From Phoronis australis (Eukaryota > Animalia > Phoronida), in contig NMRA01000891.1 in assembly GCA_002633005.1 (NCBI GenBank), forward strand, positions 1 to 41,570: a stretch of DNA of 41,570 nucleotides. The letters run 5' to 3'. The position numbers and the translations under genes were made by a program. Under the pieces are notes generated by a model that searched no databases, was not told the DNA's origin, and saw nothing but the letters and a program-made list of their open reading frames with translations. Below are positions 1-13,502 of this stretch, piece after piece; the first letter of the stretch is position 1, and each line of letters begins with the position of its first letter.

Positions 1-948
1 AAAAACACGAAAATTGAACAAAGTTTCTTTTTTGTAGCAACGTTTGTCAAAATGTATCAACGCCAAATCTTCACAAGTTACAAAGTAGCCGATTGAACAT
101 GCCTTTCAGTTCAGCAAAAGTCGCCATTTTCGGTGCCGCCAGAAATGAGACGAAGTCCAACGGGAATTGTGAGCACATTTATCACTTAATGAGTAACAAC
201 TGCGAGGCTGAAATTTGGGGAACACTGCTAAATCGTGCAGAATAGTAAGTAGAGATATGTCTAACTAAATTTCACCGTAATTTGTTGGCGAAAACAATTT
301 ACACAAAGTTTTAAACTCGTAACTCATCCCGCTGTCCTCCAATATGGCCGACGCGATCCTAACAAAGTGACACAAATTTCGCCACAAAACTTGCAATAAC
401 TTTACAGTGCTTGCCCCGATTTTGATACTTTTTCGATTTTTACTGAGTAGAATGTACTACCTTTCCGATGATAGCAAAGTACTTTTCAAAAAAATAAAAC
501 CGAAAAAAATTGGTTCGACCCATATTGGTTCCTAGGTTCGACCCGCCTACGTAAGGAACTAAACACCACATCCTAAGTACGCGAAACATTACAAAAAAAA
601 TCAACGACCACTAACTACAAACTATAAATACACTACATATGCAAACGAATCACGATATATTACTAATAAAACAAAATAATGAAGACTTTTCGAGCAAGCC
701 ATAGCACATTCAGTTACAAGGAAAAAATGGCGGCGTTCAGGACAAGTTCCTGAATTGATGAGCCGGAGATGTGGGTACAGAAATAATCGATGACAACCGG
801 TAATCATACGCTCAGGTTAAATACTGTTAAAAAATCGCTTTTGGCAAGAAAGGCGAAAAGAATATAAAGAAAGGGTGTCGAAAATAAGAATTTATGTAGT
901 AATTATTTTCGCATACTGGAAGCACATGAGCAGTTTGAGAGAAGGACT
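1..948 (+). mobile_element. Right part of a non-autonomous Kolobok-type DNA transposon (second copy of 33002-35096)
   Basis: Colinear with ~34200-35096; ends in TIR TGAGAGAAGGACT (936-948) followed by TTAA (949-952). Left end lies outside the window. Confidence 0.85.
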
Positions 949-952
949 TTAA

Positions 953-1150
953 CATGGGCGGATCCAGGATTTTGAGTTGGGGGCCAGGGCAGAGGAATAA
1001 CCAGAATTTGGCCTCAAATTTAGGGATGTAGGTGGTCTCGAAAAAAACAAACGCATTTCGCATGGCCCACCCCCACCCCCCACAGCCTCCCTGAATGCGC
1101 GCATAAAGGAGGGGCATGCTCCCTCCCCCTCCCCCCTAAATCCGCCTCTG
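953..1150 (+). mobile_element. hAT-like MITE (family A) with 5-bp TSD
   Basis: Termini CATGGGCGGATCCAG...CTAAATCCGCCTCTG; TTTAA on both sides (948-952, 1151-1155); related to 25639, 32310 and 38366. Confidence 0.8.
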
Positions 1151-2006
1151 TTTAAATTTCCGTTTCGTGAAATCGGGCAGAAAATTTTATCTCATAAAGG
1201 GGGTGGGACTAGCAGATTTGGCACACCCAATAGGCCGTCTGTCGTTCTCTAGTATTTGCAGTCTATTCTGCAACGTGACACTCTTTTGCGATGATTGACT
1301 TAGCGGCTACGCCGGTTCAACCTGATTGGTCTATAAGCCAGAAGTCGTCATATCGAGAACCAATCAGATATCTCAGCTAGTCAGTGAGCAGCCTCCTTCA
1401 AACTGGTCCCATGCTCCAATAATTCGTTCAACCGAAGGCAGGATGACCAGTGCATTCCTCGCAGAACATTCCAGAATATGACGTATATCCGCCTTTAACC
1501 TCATGAAACACATGATCGACATACTGTCCATTCACGTGACGTGCCACTCGATTGGAAGCGCTGAGGCAAGCTGGTCGCGTTTGTTCGAATCTGTGAATTC
1601 TTCATAAATTACCTGATAATTTGTAAGTATTAAGTCGAAATAGGAATTACTAACTTGAACAAATAACTTTTCTTAGTTTAGTTTTATTTAAAATACAATC
1701 CTCAGGCTCACTGTTGTGACTTAACGAAGAGTGTATGCTCGCCTATCCTTTGTTAGCGGTTGTCCGGCCCCACTGAAGCACGTGCTCCCACTTTAAAATT
1801 AAATTCAGGTTTTAGTCAAAAGTATACACTCATCATTTGGAATCCGAAATTTCTTTTGGATCTCGCAGTTTGGACGTGTGTCCTCTAAAATTGACTTCAA
1901 AATTTTATTGTCAGAAAAAAACCGTAGCCGAAAATTAAAAAACCACGAATTTGGCGACGTGTCTTGGAGCATGCAAGTTAGGAATCAGCTTTAAGACAGA
2001 ATTAAA

Positions 2007-2139
2007 GGCACTGGTCGGAATTGGCGGTCCCTGATTTTGAGAACGAGTTTCATCCACTGAACGCATTGACGACCCCGTTCGGCGTTACTCAGTGATGCTA
2101 GGTTCTCAAAATCAGGATCTGTTATATCCGACCAGTGCC
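2007..2139. repeat. 38-bp imperfect inverted repeat (foldback or MITE relic)
   Basis: GGCACTGGTCGGA..CCTGATTTTGAGAAC (2007-2044) is the reverse complement of GTTCTCAAAATCAGG..TCCGACCAGTGCC (2102-2139), with a mismatched middle. Confidence 0.75.
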
Positions 2140-3164
2140 CCCATCCAGCTTCGTTCCAGTCTCGGACGTTGCGAGTCGGCTTCCTTCGATATCATTATCT
2201 TCCTGACTGCATTGATTTTCCTTAGTTGGAACATCACATTAGTTGATTGGCCTGATGGGTATGTTCAATTACTGTGAACTAACACCATTACAGTTCAACA
2301 ACACACCCCACTACTGGCTGGCGAGGGGCTATAATTCTCCCCTTTCAGTTTCTGTTTTAATCTCATGTTGTGTATGTTTAACAGCAGTAGCCCAAATTCA
2401 GTCACCAAGTAATTGGTTTTCGCCTCTCTAAAATGTGTGAAATTGTAACTTAAAAATTGCTTAATTTCTTCAGTGTACCTTTCTGGTTCTTTACATATCT
2501 TTGATGAAGCATAGCGCTCCATAAACACCATGTTGCATTTGATGACCTGGCCAAAAGTGAATTGGTGACTAAACGTTGATGCTGGGTGGGCTTTTAAGAA
2601 GAAATTTTCCGAATAAACTCCACACTATCTTGACCCCAGAAGTTGTAACACCAAATAAACACCCATGGGCGTGGACGTTTTTTTACTAGAAATTTTTCTT
2701 TCATTGTAGTTTACATCTTCAATGACTTAAGGGCAGTTCTGGAATTTTGGCCTTTTTTCTTTGTGTAATTTCTCCTATTTCAAATTGCATACTTACCTTC
2801 TCGAATACACGTGTCAGTTAGAGGGTGCCACTTTAACTTTTGTTTCGGTATCTAGCCATACCGTTACAGCAAATCCTTTGATTTCCGGGTCAGTTTATTT
2901 CACTTTGAAAGGTCATGGGTAACAACGGTGGTTCTCTGGTTCAATGGTTAATTTTCTTGGGGGAGACAAATGCCCAAAATGTGCAATATTTAATTGACTC
3001 GTGTATAGATTAGTTTCATTCATGGTAATTGACCAATTGCAAGCTCCGCCTCCTTGTGAAATGTCGACAAACAATAAGTTTAACCCAGCAACGTGTTGGT
3101 TGTCTGGTTAAATGGCATGTTGGAAACAAAAGTGTGTCAAGAATTCTGCGTTCTGATTGGTCAC

Positions 3165-3489
3165 CAGGGCTTGGAATTTTCCGCGGAAACGCGGATTTCC
3201 GCTTTTTTGAAATGTGCTTTCCGCTTTTTTTTATAATATTTCCGCGTAAAAAAATCGGATTTGATATGAAATTTCCGCGGCAAATTCCTTTCTTACCGCG
3301 GCGTTGCAGACGACGTTCACCTCGGAAAGCGGAAGTCTTTATGTTTCGGAGGAATGTAAATTGTCAACATTGCCGGGGCATCTGGGTAAAGCGTGGTCTG
3401 ATTTTCAATGGCGGCTCGTGTTATTGTTAAGCGCGGCGACAAATACTACCGCTCTGCAGCCAAATTTGTGTGGGTTGGGAGTGGACGGG
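3165..3489 (+). mobile_element. Probable left end of a non-autonomous hAT-like element running into the gap
   Basis: Starts CAGGGCTTGG, followed by repeated TTTCCGC(G) subterminal motifs; the other end is not visible. Confidence 0.4.
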
Positions 3490-4016
3490 NNNNNNNNNNN
3501 NNNNNNNNNNNNNNNNNNNNNNNNNNNNNNNNNNNNNNNNNNNNNNNNNNNNNNNNNNNNNNNNNNNNNNNNNNNNNNNNNNNNNNNNNNNNNNNNNNNN
3601 NNNNNNNNNNNNNNNNNNNNNNNNNNNNNNNNNNNNNNNNNNNNNNNNNNNNNNNNNNNNNNNNNNNNNNNNNNNNNNNNNNNNNNNNNNNNNNNNNNNN
3701 NNNNNNNNNNNNNNNNNNNNNNNNNNNNNNNNNNNNNNNNNNNNNNNNNNNNNNNNNNNNNNNNNNNNNNNNNNNNNNNNNNNNNNNNNNNNNNNNNNNN
3801 NNNNNNNNNNNNNNNNNNNNNNNNNNNNNNNNNNNNNNNNNNNNNNNNNNNNNNNNNNNNNNNNNNNNNNNNNNNNNNNNNNNNNNNNNNNNNNNNNNNN
3901 NNNNNNNNNNNNNNNNNNNNNNNNNNNNNNNNNNNNNNNNNNNNNNNNNNNNNNNNNNNNNNNNNNNNNNNNNNNNNNNNNNNNNNNNNNNNNNNNNNNN
4001 NNNNNNNNNNNNNNNN
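3490..4016. other. Assembly gap
   Basis: Run of N. Confidence 1.
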
Positions 4017-4591
4017 CAGGGCTCAACATTAACTTTTTAAGCCTCTTGCCCTTCGGGCAAGTAGTTGAAATTTTTACTTGCCCGAACAACGAATTCACTT
4101 GCCCCAAGTACAATCCCAAATAGCACTGTGCATGTGCACATAGGTAATGTGTTACCGTAGGGCTGCCTGTGCTGAGCCTCCTCTTGTGTTGTGCACGCTA
4201 TATACATGAGTTGCTATTTTTTTAACGATTCTTCTTATAGAACATTTATTTATAAGGTGTGTCAAAACACTAGAGAGACAAATTAGAAGAGTAACTCAGG
4301 TATCTGAACCATTGTCACACGTTCACAGGCGCTGAAATGAGCTAGGGTATGAACTCTAGACACTTCTGTGTATTCATTAGTTTATACGCACTCATGCATT
4401 AAACTTGAGTTTCAATTTTTGCTATCCGTAAAAATCTTGCACAGTTTTGGTCATCGGTACCTTGTATTAAATTAAAATCAAATTTTAACATATAATAATG
4501 CCACATGTACTTTTATTTTCAACAAATAATTACATTTTTGAAAAATAGATAGACCGCGAAAAAGTCACCCTTCAGACTTCAGAACGGCAAT

Positions 4592-4934
4592 CCCGAAGAC
4601 GGTATTCCTCTTCTTTCGGGAGTCGCCACTGGGAGCCGGGAAATTCATAAGAATAATCAATGTCCTTTGGAATTCCCCCTGAATAAATACAAGGCCTTTT
4701 AAACTGCTGTGTAGTGTAGAAAATATGTCGTCAATCATTCACTTTTTAGCTTTTGCGCTTATCTGTANCCGAAGACCGTATTCCTCTTCTTTCGGGAGTC
4801 GCCACCGGGAGCCGGGAATTCATAAGAATGTCCTTTGGAATTCCCGCTGAATAAATACCAGGCCTTTTAAACCGCTGTGAAGTGTAGAAAATATGTCGTC
4901 AATCTTTCATTTTTTAGCTTTTGCGCTTATCTGC
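4592..4934. repeat. ~170-bp direct duplication straddling a single N, likely a contig-overlap artefact
   Basis: CCGAAGAC..TTTGCGCTTATCTG occurs at ~4592-4765 and again at 4769-4933, separated by N4768. Confidence 0.8.
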
Positions 4935-5638
4935 ATGACTTACAATTACATCCTCTGACGAACGCGGTGCTTCCAGCTGTACATAGGTAAACGCCGGCAA
5001 AAATCAAACGTCATCCCTTGTTCACTGTCTCGCAGGCCAGAAAACCTAATTTCCCATGACGGAACCCATCCCCGCTCTTTTTGTTTCAATCATATTATTG
5101 CTTTGATTCTTCCTGAACTCGTTTTTTAGCAACTAAACCAATGCCGTCCAGGCCTAGACGTTTTGCCAGAGTGCAGACGATCAGTAGTATCACGTGACAA
5201 CTTATTCAGAAACTGCAGGCACGTTCAGAGAATCGAAAGGATTTGACCGCGAGCGTCATCTGTACACGTTGCACCACACTCGTTCTATTTTCCTTTCGGT
5301 GCTCATTTGAAGACAGGAGTTTCTTTGACGGCCACAGGGGCTTATTCGACGGTTTTTAGGCTTGTGTCGGGGTTCGTTACTTTGGAGCAAATGTCGAGCA
5401 GACAATCTTAGGATCTACTTATCAAGCTCCTCAAACAAATTCACTACATTGGTGGTTTGTAAGACAAAAAAACACAACACAACACACTTCGTTGTTTTAC
5501 AGCTCCATAGCTAATGAGCTATTCCAAGTTTCAACGCTACACAGCATGCATTCTTCGACAGTGAGACGATAATCCTCCGTTTTGGTTAATTAGAAAGATA
5601 CGACTCTACTATTGTGTTTCAACATGCACTGGACCTAC

Positions 5639-5773
5639 CCTCACTAACTGTAACTGTTGTGGAACTGCCTTTTCCCGTAGTGTCGCTTACAGCTACTGAA
5701 GGTGTGGAAGGGCTTGCACTGGAGTCTGACGTTGACGCCGTTGCTGCGACTTTGGTGGAGATAGCAGAGAGAC
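5639..5773 (-). CDS. 135-nt phase 1-1 Ser/Thr-rich (mucin-like) internal exon, copy 1
   Basis: Acceptor ...TTGGACAG, open frame (G)LSAISTKVAATASTSDSSASPSTPSVAVSDTTGKGSSTTVTVSE, donor G|GTAGG; length divisible by 3; same strand and phase as the FN3 exons. Confidence 0.65.
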
Positions 5774-6935
5774 CTGTCCAATTGTAAATTTCACAAAATA
5801 TGAGAGATACTGTTGGCAGTTGCACAACTTTATGTCAATTTACTTGTTATACTGAAGTCAAATCTCCCAAGTATATTAAAAATTATCCCAATTATCAGAA
5901 ACCTAAACAGGTGGAGTCTTGTAGGTTGTTAAAGGTAAATATTCTTTGCGATTTGTATGTGTCACACGTGCCGCCGTTGCCCGTCAGATGCGAACTTGAA
6001 TTTTTGAAAAGTTTCCCCAAAGAGAAACTGCGGAAAAGGAACGCCAGTACAGGAAGCACTGCATTTAATGGGACTACAAAGAGGATGACCCAAAAAATTG
6101 GACTTCAGGAGTATCACCTCGCTCCTTTTTTGTAAGCGGACAAATGATTATTCAATTTCCTCCTTATGTCCCAACATTTCCAAAATTAAGCCTTTCAAAC
6201 AAACGTTTATAACAAAAATAACCGGTTTTGTAAAGTCGTATACTATTTCTAGGGTACATAATGAACCAATCCTGCTCGCATTGTAACAAAAGGGTCNAAG
6301 GCTTATACTTTTGAGTTAGACTCTTTTCAGTGGTCTGAATGCTTTTACTCTAGATTTGTCCACGTTATTTATAAGCATTGCCGGATACTCATCTACCTGG
6401 TACTTTAAGGTTTTAGCTCCCAATGATCATGTAATAATGCTGTTATGGAAGGAACCTAGTCTTAGTGTGTGCACTCCAATTTTAGTTGCGGTGTTTTTAT
6501 TCCATTACTTTCTTATTATCTTCATTATTCTTTGTTTGATTCTTTTACACAATTGTATGTTATGTGTCAATTATTCATTAATTTCCATGTACCCATATAA
6601 AGATTATCGTTGTCTGGGTGCCTGGAAGACAAAAATGCTCAAAGAATCTTTGCTCATTCCTTATGAACTCCTGCTTTTTTACAGCGTATACAACTCCGAG
6701 CCTCGTTCTTAAAATTCAAGCTCCTCAAACAAATTCACTACATTGGTGGTTTGTAAGTAAGACAAAAATCACAACACAACACACTTCGTTGTTTTACAGC
6801 TCCATAGCTAATGAGCTATTCCAAGTTTCAACGCTACACAGCATGCATTCGTCGACAGTGAGACGATAATCTTCCGTTTTGGTTAATTAGAAAGATACGA
6901 CTCTACTATTGTGTTTCAACATGCACTGGACCTAC

Positions 6936-7070
6936 CCTCACTAACTGTAACTGTTGTGGAACTGCCTTTTCCCGTAGTGTCGCTTACAGCTACTGAAGGT
7001 GTGGAAGGGCTTGCACTGGAGTCTGACGTTGACGCCGTTGCTGCGACTTTGGCGGAGATAGCAGAGAGAC
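6936..7070 (-). CDS. 135-nt phase 1-1 Ser/Thr-rich exon, copy 2
   Basis: Same splice sites and frame as copy 1; one T>A change. Confidence 0.65.
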
Positions 7071-7469
7071 CTGTCCAATTGTAAATTTCACAAAATATGA
7101 GAGATAGTGTTTTATTGGCAGTTGCACAACTTTATGTCAATTTACTTGTTATACTGAAGTCAAATCTCCCAAGGATATTAAATATTATCCCAATTATCAG
7201 AAACCTAAACAGGTGGAGTCTTGTAGGTTGTTAAAGGTAAATATTTTTTGTGATTTGTATGTGTCACACGTGCCGCCGTTGCCCGTCAGATGCGAACTTG
7301 AATTTTTGAAAAGTTTCCCCAAAGAGAAACTGCGGAAAAGGAACGCCAGTACAGGAAGCACTGCATTTAATGGGACTACAAAGAGGATGACCCAAAAAAT
7401 TGGACTTCAGGAGTATCACCTCGCTCCGTGAGTCTGATTGCAACGCCTGCGACTCCGTTGAACTAGAAA

Positions 7470-7740
7470 TATTGAAGTTTCAGAAGACACCCACATTGGC
7501 TGAAATCACTATTGCCCCCAGCGGCAAACTGGAAGGCTTATACTTTTGAGTTAGACTCTTTTCAGATTCATAACTGAAAATGTAGTCTGACTGCCTTTAC
7601 TCTAGATTTGTCCACCTTATTTATATGTATTGCCGGATACTCATCTACCTGGTACTTTTATGTTTTAGCTCCCAATGATTATGTAATAATGGTGTTACGG
7701 TGGGAACCTAGTCTTAGTGTGTGCACTCCAATTCTAGGTG
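7470..7740 (-). pseudogene. Possible decayed FN3 exon within the repeat unit (also ~8730-8985, partial ~6298-6490)
   Basis: Manual translation across stops and frameshifts gives FN3-like pieces in the expected order: TIIT*S, KYQVDEY, GSQTTFSVMNLK, FQFAAGGNSDFS, and FETS in unit 3. Confidence 0.35.
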
Positions 7741-8193
7741 CGGTGTTTCTATTCCATTACTTTCATATCATCTTCATTCTCATTATTCTTTGTTTCATTC
7801 TTTCATACAATTGTGTGTTTTGTGTCAATTATTTATTAAATTCCATGTACCCATGTAAATATTATCGTTGTCTGGGTGCCTGGAAGAGAAAAATGCTCTA
7901 CGACTCTTTGTTTACTTCTTATGAACTCCAGTTTTTTTACAGCGTATACAACTCCGAGCCTCGTTCTTAAAATTCAAGCTCCTCAAACAAATTCACTACA
8001 TTGGTGGTTTGTAAGTAAGACAAAAAACACAACACAACACACTTCGTTGTTTTACAGCTCCATAGATAATGAGCTATTCCAAGTTTCAACGCTACACAGC
8101 ATGCATTCTTAAACAGTGAGACGATAATCTTCCGTTTGGGTTAATTAGAAAGATACGACTCTACTATTGTGTTTCAACATGCATTGGACCTAC

Positions 8194-8328
8194 CCTCACT
8201 AACTGTAACTGTTGTGGAACTGCCTTTTCCCGTAGTGTCGCTTACAGCTACTGAAGGTGTGGAAGGGCTTGCACTGGAGTCTGACGTTGACGCCGTTGCT
8301 GCGACTTTGGCGGAGATAGCAGAGGGAC
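8194..8328 (-). CDS. 135-nt phase 1-1 Ser/Thr-rich exon, copy 3
   Basis: Same splice sites and frame; L>P and T>A relative to copy 1. Confidence 0.65.
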
Positions 8329-9229
8329 CTGTCCAATTGTAAATTTCACAAAATATGAGAGATACTGTTTTATTGGCAGTTGCACAACTTTATGTCAATT
8401 TACTTGTTATACTGAAGTCAAATCTCCCAAGTATATTAAATATTATCCCAATTATCAGAAACCTAAACACGTGGAGTCTTGTAGGTTGTTAAAGGTAAAT
8501 ATTTTTTGTGATTTGTATGTGTCACACGTGGCGCCGTTGCCCGTCAGATGCGAACTTGACTTTTTGAAAAGTTTCCCCAAAGAGAAACTGCGGAAAAGGA
8601 ACGCCAGTACAGGAAGCACTGCATTTAATGGGACTACAAAGAGGATGAACCAAAAAATTGGACTTTAGGAGTATCACCTCGCTCCGTGAGTCTGCTTGCA
8701 ACGCCTGCGTCTCCGTTGAACTAGACATATTGAAGTTTCAAAAGGCACCCATATTGCCTGAAGTCACTATTGCCCCCAGCGGCAAACTGGAAGGCTTATA
8801 CTTTTGAGTTAGACTCTTTTCAGTGGTCTGAATGCTTTTACTCTAGATTTGTCCACGTTATTTATATGCATTGCCGGATACTCATCTACCTGGTACTTTA
8901 ATGTTTTAGCTCCCAATGATCATGTAATAATGCTGTTATGGAAGGAACCTAGTCTTAGTGTGTGCACTCCAATTTTAGGTGCGGTGTTTTTATTCCATTA
9001 CTTTCTTATTATCTTCATTATTCTTTGTTTGATTCTTTTACACAACTGTATGTTATGTGTCAATTATTCATTAATTTCCATGTACCCATATAAAGATTAT
9101 CGTTGTCTGGGTGCCTGGAAGACAAAAATGCTCAAAGAATCTTTGCTCATTTCTTATGAACTCCTGCTTTTTTTACAGCGTATACAACTCCGAGCCTCGT
9201 TCTTAAAATTAAAGCTCCTCGAGAAAATT

Positions 9230-11750
9230 GAATAAACAAATTTACATGATTTTAGCGATATTTGAGCCTGGAAAGTTGTCTGAGGATAACCTACGAGTCA
9301 CACTTGACTTTCCGGAATATAGCAATGCTTATCACGCTAATTAGTGGTCGAGGGTAGCTCTTGTACAGCATACATGTACATCACTCTGTTAACTATGAGC
9401 TATAACTGATAAAATCACACAATCCACGAATAACAACTGGATTGAAATATATGTCAATGAAAAGAAAATTCCTTGAGGGTTTTTCTACCGATTACCTTCA
9501 CAGACAACTTTTGAAAGGAAGGCAAAAAAATTCAAAACTCCCTTGGAAAAAGTACATGACTTGACACTGTCTAATAAAACAATTATTATAAATGGACACT
9601 TCAAGGTAAGGGACAGCACGTGGTACCTAAATGACAATGACAACCAATTCTGTCGTGAATTATTTGATATACTCATCTCCGATGACTGCATTCAAATAAT
9701 AAATGAATCAATGAGAAAACCTCTTCCCATTGCTGTATCGATCTGTGTATAACAAACAACCTCGCATTATTCTAATCCGCTTCGGTCAGACCACCAATTT
9801 TCAATTCAGATCACCACGTTATAGGAATTACATTCACACTCAAGAGTACTTATTTTTAAAAAAATGGGATTACAGTTTAGTCAACACGGAAACCCTGTGC
9901 CGATATCACCACATGTGAATGTGATGAAGTCCTGAACAGAGTGACCTAAACGAAACAGTCGCAACATTCACTCCATCACTATATAACATAGTTGATAAAA
10001 ATATTCCGTCTACGACAAAAAATAAAAAAGTAAGAATAAACCGTAGTTTAAGCAACAGGATCAAGTCAGAAAGCAAGAAAGAAAGCGGTACAAAATATCA
10101 TTAAGAAGTCGAAGCGCAATATGAAAATTATCGACAGTAGGATTAATGTTTCTAAAACTTAAAGGAGTACTGTAATATAAAATTTAGTTTGAGAATGCAA
10201 TCGTCATAGCTAACAGAAAAGTAACTTATTTCTCCAATACTTAACATCCAAAAAGTCACATTGCGCCAACAACAAACATTCCTGAATTCCCACGAAGAAC
10301 GTTTGAACGTCTCTTAAAGATATAAGTACGATTGTCTGAGGTTAGGAATCTATTAGAAAACATAGATGACCACAAAAACGACCCCGTAACTACTAAAATG
10401 ATCAATATGATTACAAACGAACTCAAAGAACCTCTGAAAATATTATACAACAAAATACTGCATTTAGGAGAATCTTGTAACAACGATCCCGGTACACAGA
10501 AAGCATTAGGAAACTGACGTTGCTAACTATCGTTCTATAACACTTCGCAGCTCCTTGTCTAAAATATTAGAACCAATATTCACCAACAAATGTTTCGACA
10601 CCATATCCCTTAGTACCCAATCTACCATCGACATTTCGAATTGATGCCTGGAAACTGTACTGTGTGTCAACTCATTGAAATTGCACATGAAATTCACATG
10701 TACTGTACTTCGAGTAAGGGTTTAATGCAAAAACTGTTTCTAGAAATTGCGTCAGCACTTGATGTTGTCCCCAGGATCTGTTTCTCAAATTACAATCTCA
10801 TGGTTGCCCAAGCATTCAGTTCCGACTTCTACACTCACACCTTGCTTGTTGAACATATAAAATGCGTATCGATGGCGTTCACTCACTCTCGTCTTCGGTC
10901 GGCTATGGCTATGCTGGAGTACCTCAGGATAGCGTAATCGGTCCTGTCCTCTTTTTACTCAAGAATGACGATCTTCGTACAACATACACTCTAAAACCTT
11001 CTTATAGACTGACGACAGAGCGATTTTCTGTCCATTCCTAAAATATCATCCTCAGCACTCCCTTCAATTACAATCTGAACTGGACAAAAACAAGGATGGT
11101 GTCATCAAAAATTTAAATCTGAAAAACTTGACTTCACATCTTCCCAAATCTATCAATACAGGCTACAACACAAGTTCAATCTTTAATATGTCTGTAGACG
11201 GAGACAATATTCCCACAAACACACAAATTAAGACCTTGGTGAGTGGACAAAAGGCTCAAATTCACACCCCACTTTCGTGAAATTGTCTACAAGGTACAAA
11301 AGCTAATTAATTCAATCAAAATTGTCTCTCGTTAACTTATCTACCACAACTTGGATTATTTTTCGGGACGTTTGTGCTCCTAATCTTCATAAATGTGAAA
11401 TCATAAACCAGTCATCGAGCGCATGTATGCTTCTCCAATTAGACAGATTTAGTGATAGACCGGAGCATACAAAGGATCCAATCCCATTAATATCCCGAGT
11501 AGTCTCAACTGCGCCAAAATAGAAAAACGTCGTCAACTTCAGACCTTCACTAAAACCTTTAAAATTTTACACAGCATCAAAATCTATTCAAACAAAATCC
11601 TATTTGACTCTCAGAAGCGGCAATGCTCTTGACCTTGGACTTCGACATGGTATCTCATTTTCTATTCCACCTTCCTCGGTCAGACCTTTCGAAGATCCAC
11701 AATAATAACTTTAATTGTCAATTTTAATTCTTATCGAAACCATAAATGAA
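9230..11750 (+). mobile_element. Heavily decayed CR1/L2-type LINE (endonuclease + reverse transcriptase relic)
   Basis: Broken motifs TIIINGHF (~9580, endonuclease IxGDFN), NYRSITLRSSLSKILE (~10525), TVCQLIEI, LFLEIASALDVV, GVPQDSVIGPVLFLL (~10915); boundaries approximate. Confidence 0.85.
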
Positions 11751-13502
11751 TTTTATTTTAACAATATACAAAGCAATACAACTAAAATTAAAGTAACCAA
11801 CTGGGTATGCAAATGAAAGCCTTCTATAACTGAATTTTACGAAGACCGATTTATCAGTTCTGTAAAATTTATTACATAAAGGCATGGGCTGTGCACTTTT
11901 GAAATACGTGACAAACTGTAGCCCCCTAGTCCCCTATGGTGGGCTGCCATGCCTGAAGATTTGTTTTCAAAAGGGGAAAATACTTTGAACGTCTTTAAGG
12001 ACAGTTCCTAACCTGACACTCAATATTTACAATAAAGAAGCAAAATAGACGACAATGAAGCATGAATCATGTTAAAATGCCCAACGTTAAATGATCGTCG
12101 ACCACTCTGTTTAACCACGTGTTGGCATTTAAGGAAGTCACTCAGCGACGTAATAAGGTTATGAAACACTGTATGTAAAAGGGCAAAATACCTCTATTGA
12201 AACTTGTCTTGGGTCGAAGGGGTCGTGGGTCGAGGGAGTTTGTGGGTTGAGGGGTTTGGTTGTCGAGTGGGTCAAGGGTATTTGAGAACAATTCATAAAT
12301 TACCAGAATAGTGTATATCGTTCACCTGGCTCGACCGAAATCTATCGAGCTGCAGTTTAATCCTCCCCGTGTACACTGTATATAGTGGACAAATTTTAAA
12401 AATTTCAAGACAAGAAATGGTGATATCGGTAGACAAAAACCACTTAGTTGACAATGAAATAGGTGCAAACATAGAATTACCAGAAATGAGTGCTAAAGTA
12501 ACCGTATCTGACAAGAAATCTATGACAAAGGTGTTACTGTCAATTGGATCAAATCTGTGATATTCCATACAGATATCAAAACAACCCTGTTGAACGTTCT
12601 CCATTCAAAGAAAATTGAGATTGGCACCAAGTGTCAATACAAGTTGGGATTATACGAAAAAATACCGAATCTTTTCTGTCGTCAATAAGCACTTATCATG
12701 AACATGGCTGATATTAGGGCATTTTCCAAAGTAGTTTCCCCCATTTAGTTATGTCCTCGGGCTTGTAATGATGAGGGCAACATACAGAACCAAAATATTG
12801 TAACAGGCACTGCAGTCAGTAGCACATATCTTATCTTACTAAAATGGAGCACGTGTCGGCATCGCGTTGTTGCACGACAATCGTTCAAATCTGACAGCCT
12901 CCAAGCAGAAAGTTGACAGATATTTAGGAAAATGTAAGAAATATGAAAGGTAACGCTAGGGTAGTCTACGGTGCATATGTTCGACTGTGGGGACACAGCT
13001 TTTGATTTTTGCTATTATTCACTAAGGGAACTATTGAACCAAAATCAACGATTGACCTATCGCCAGGAGTTTGCGTGAAGGCTTAACTGACCAACCACAA
13101 CGCAGGAATCTTGACACACCTTGGTTTTCATGTCGCCACTTTACCAGAGAAAAACACGATGCCGGGTAAATTTTGTTCGTCGAAATTTCGCTTGGGAGCG
13201 GCGCTTGCGATAGGTCTGTTGAATGAGGTCTTCCGGTAAGGTGGCGGAGAGAATGGACGTCTGTGCTTAGAGCTCCAAAGTAAGCCCCCATTAATTCATT
13301 TAATGATTCATTACCTGCGGGCAAGACAGTGTTAACCTCGTGCTGATCCGTTAAGCTTAATGAACCTGAATGTAGTAGTAAATGTTTTTGTTATTCACAC
13401 GCTGCAGTGTTTCGCGGAGAAGTTCAAAACGTTACTAATCGTTTGCAGGAAAAATACCGCACGAATGGAACAGCTTGGAATATGTTTGTAATGGCATATC
13501 TA

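Larger units (their letters stand above)
5422..9220. repeat. Tandem array of three ~1.25-kb units
   Basis: Unit start TCAAGCTCCTCAAACAAATTCAC at 5422, 6716 and 7974; the array ends at AAGCTCCTC 9220; the ORF track repeats with the same period. Confidence 0.97.

Noticed and set aside
1200-2950. Downstream transmembrane or cytoplasmic exons of the FN3 gene
   Set aside because: Candidate splice sites near 1612 and 2796 flank frames with stops and no recognisable domain.
3304-4123. Long ORFs of 210-242 aa
   Set aside because: Artefacts of translating the N gap.
5800-9235. Repeated plus-strand ORFs, including a hydrophobic 118-128 aa one
   Set aside because: Non-ATG starts, variable ends between units, hydrophobicity explained by T-rich DNA; splice and coding evidence is on the minus strand.
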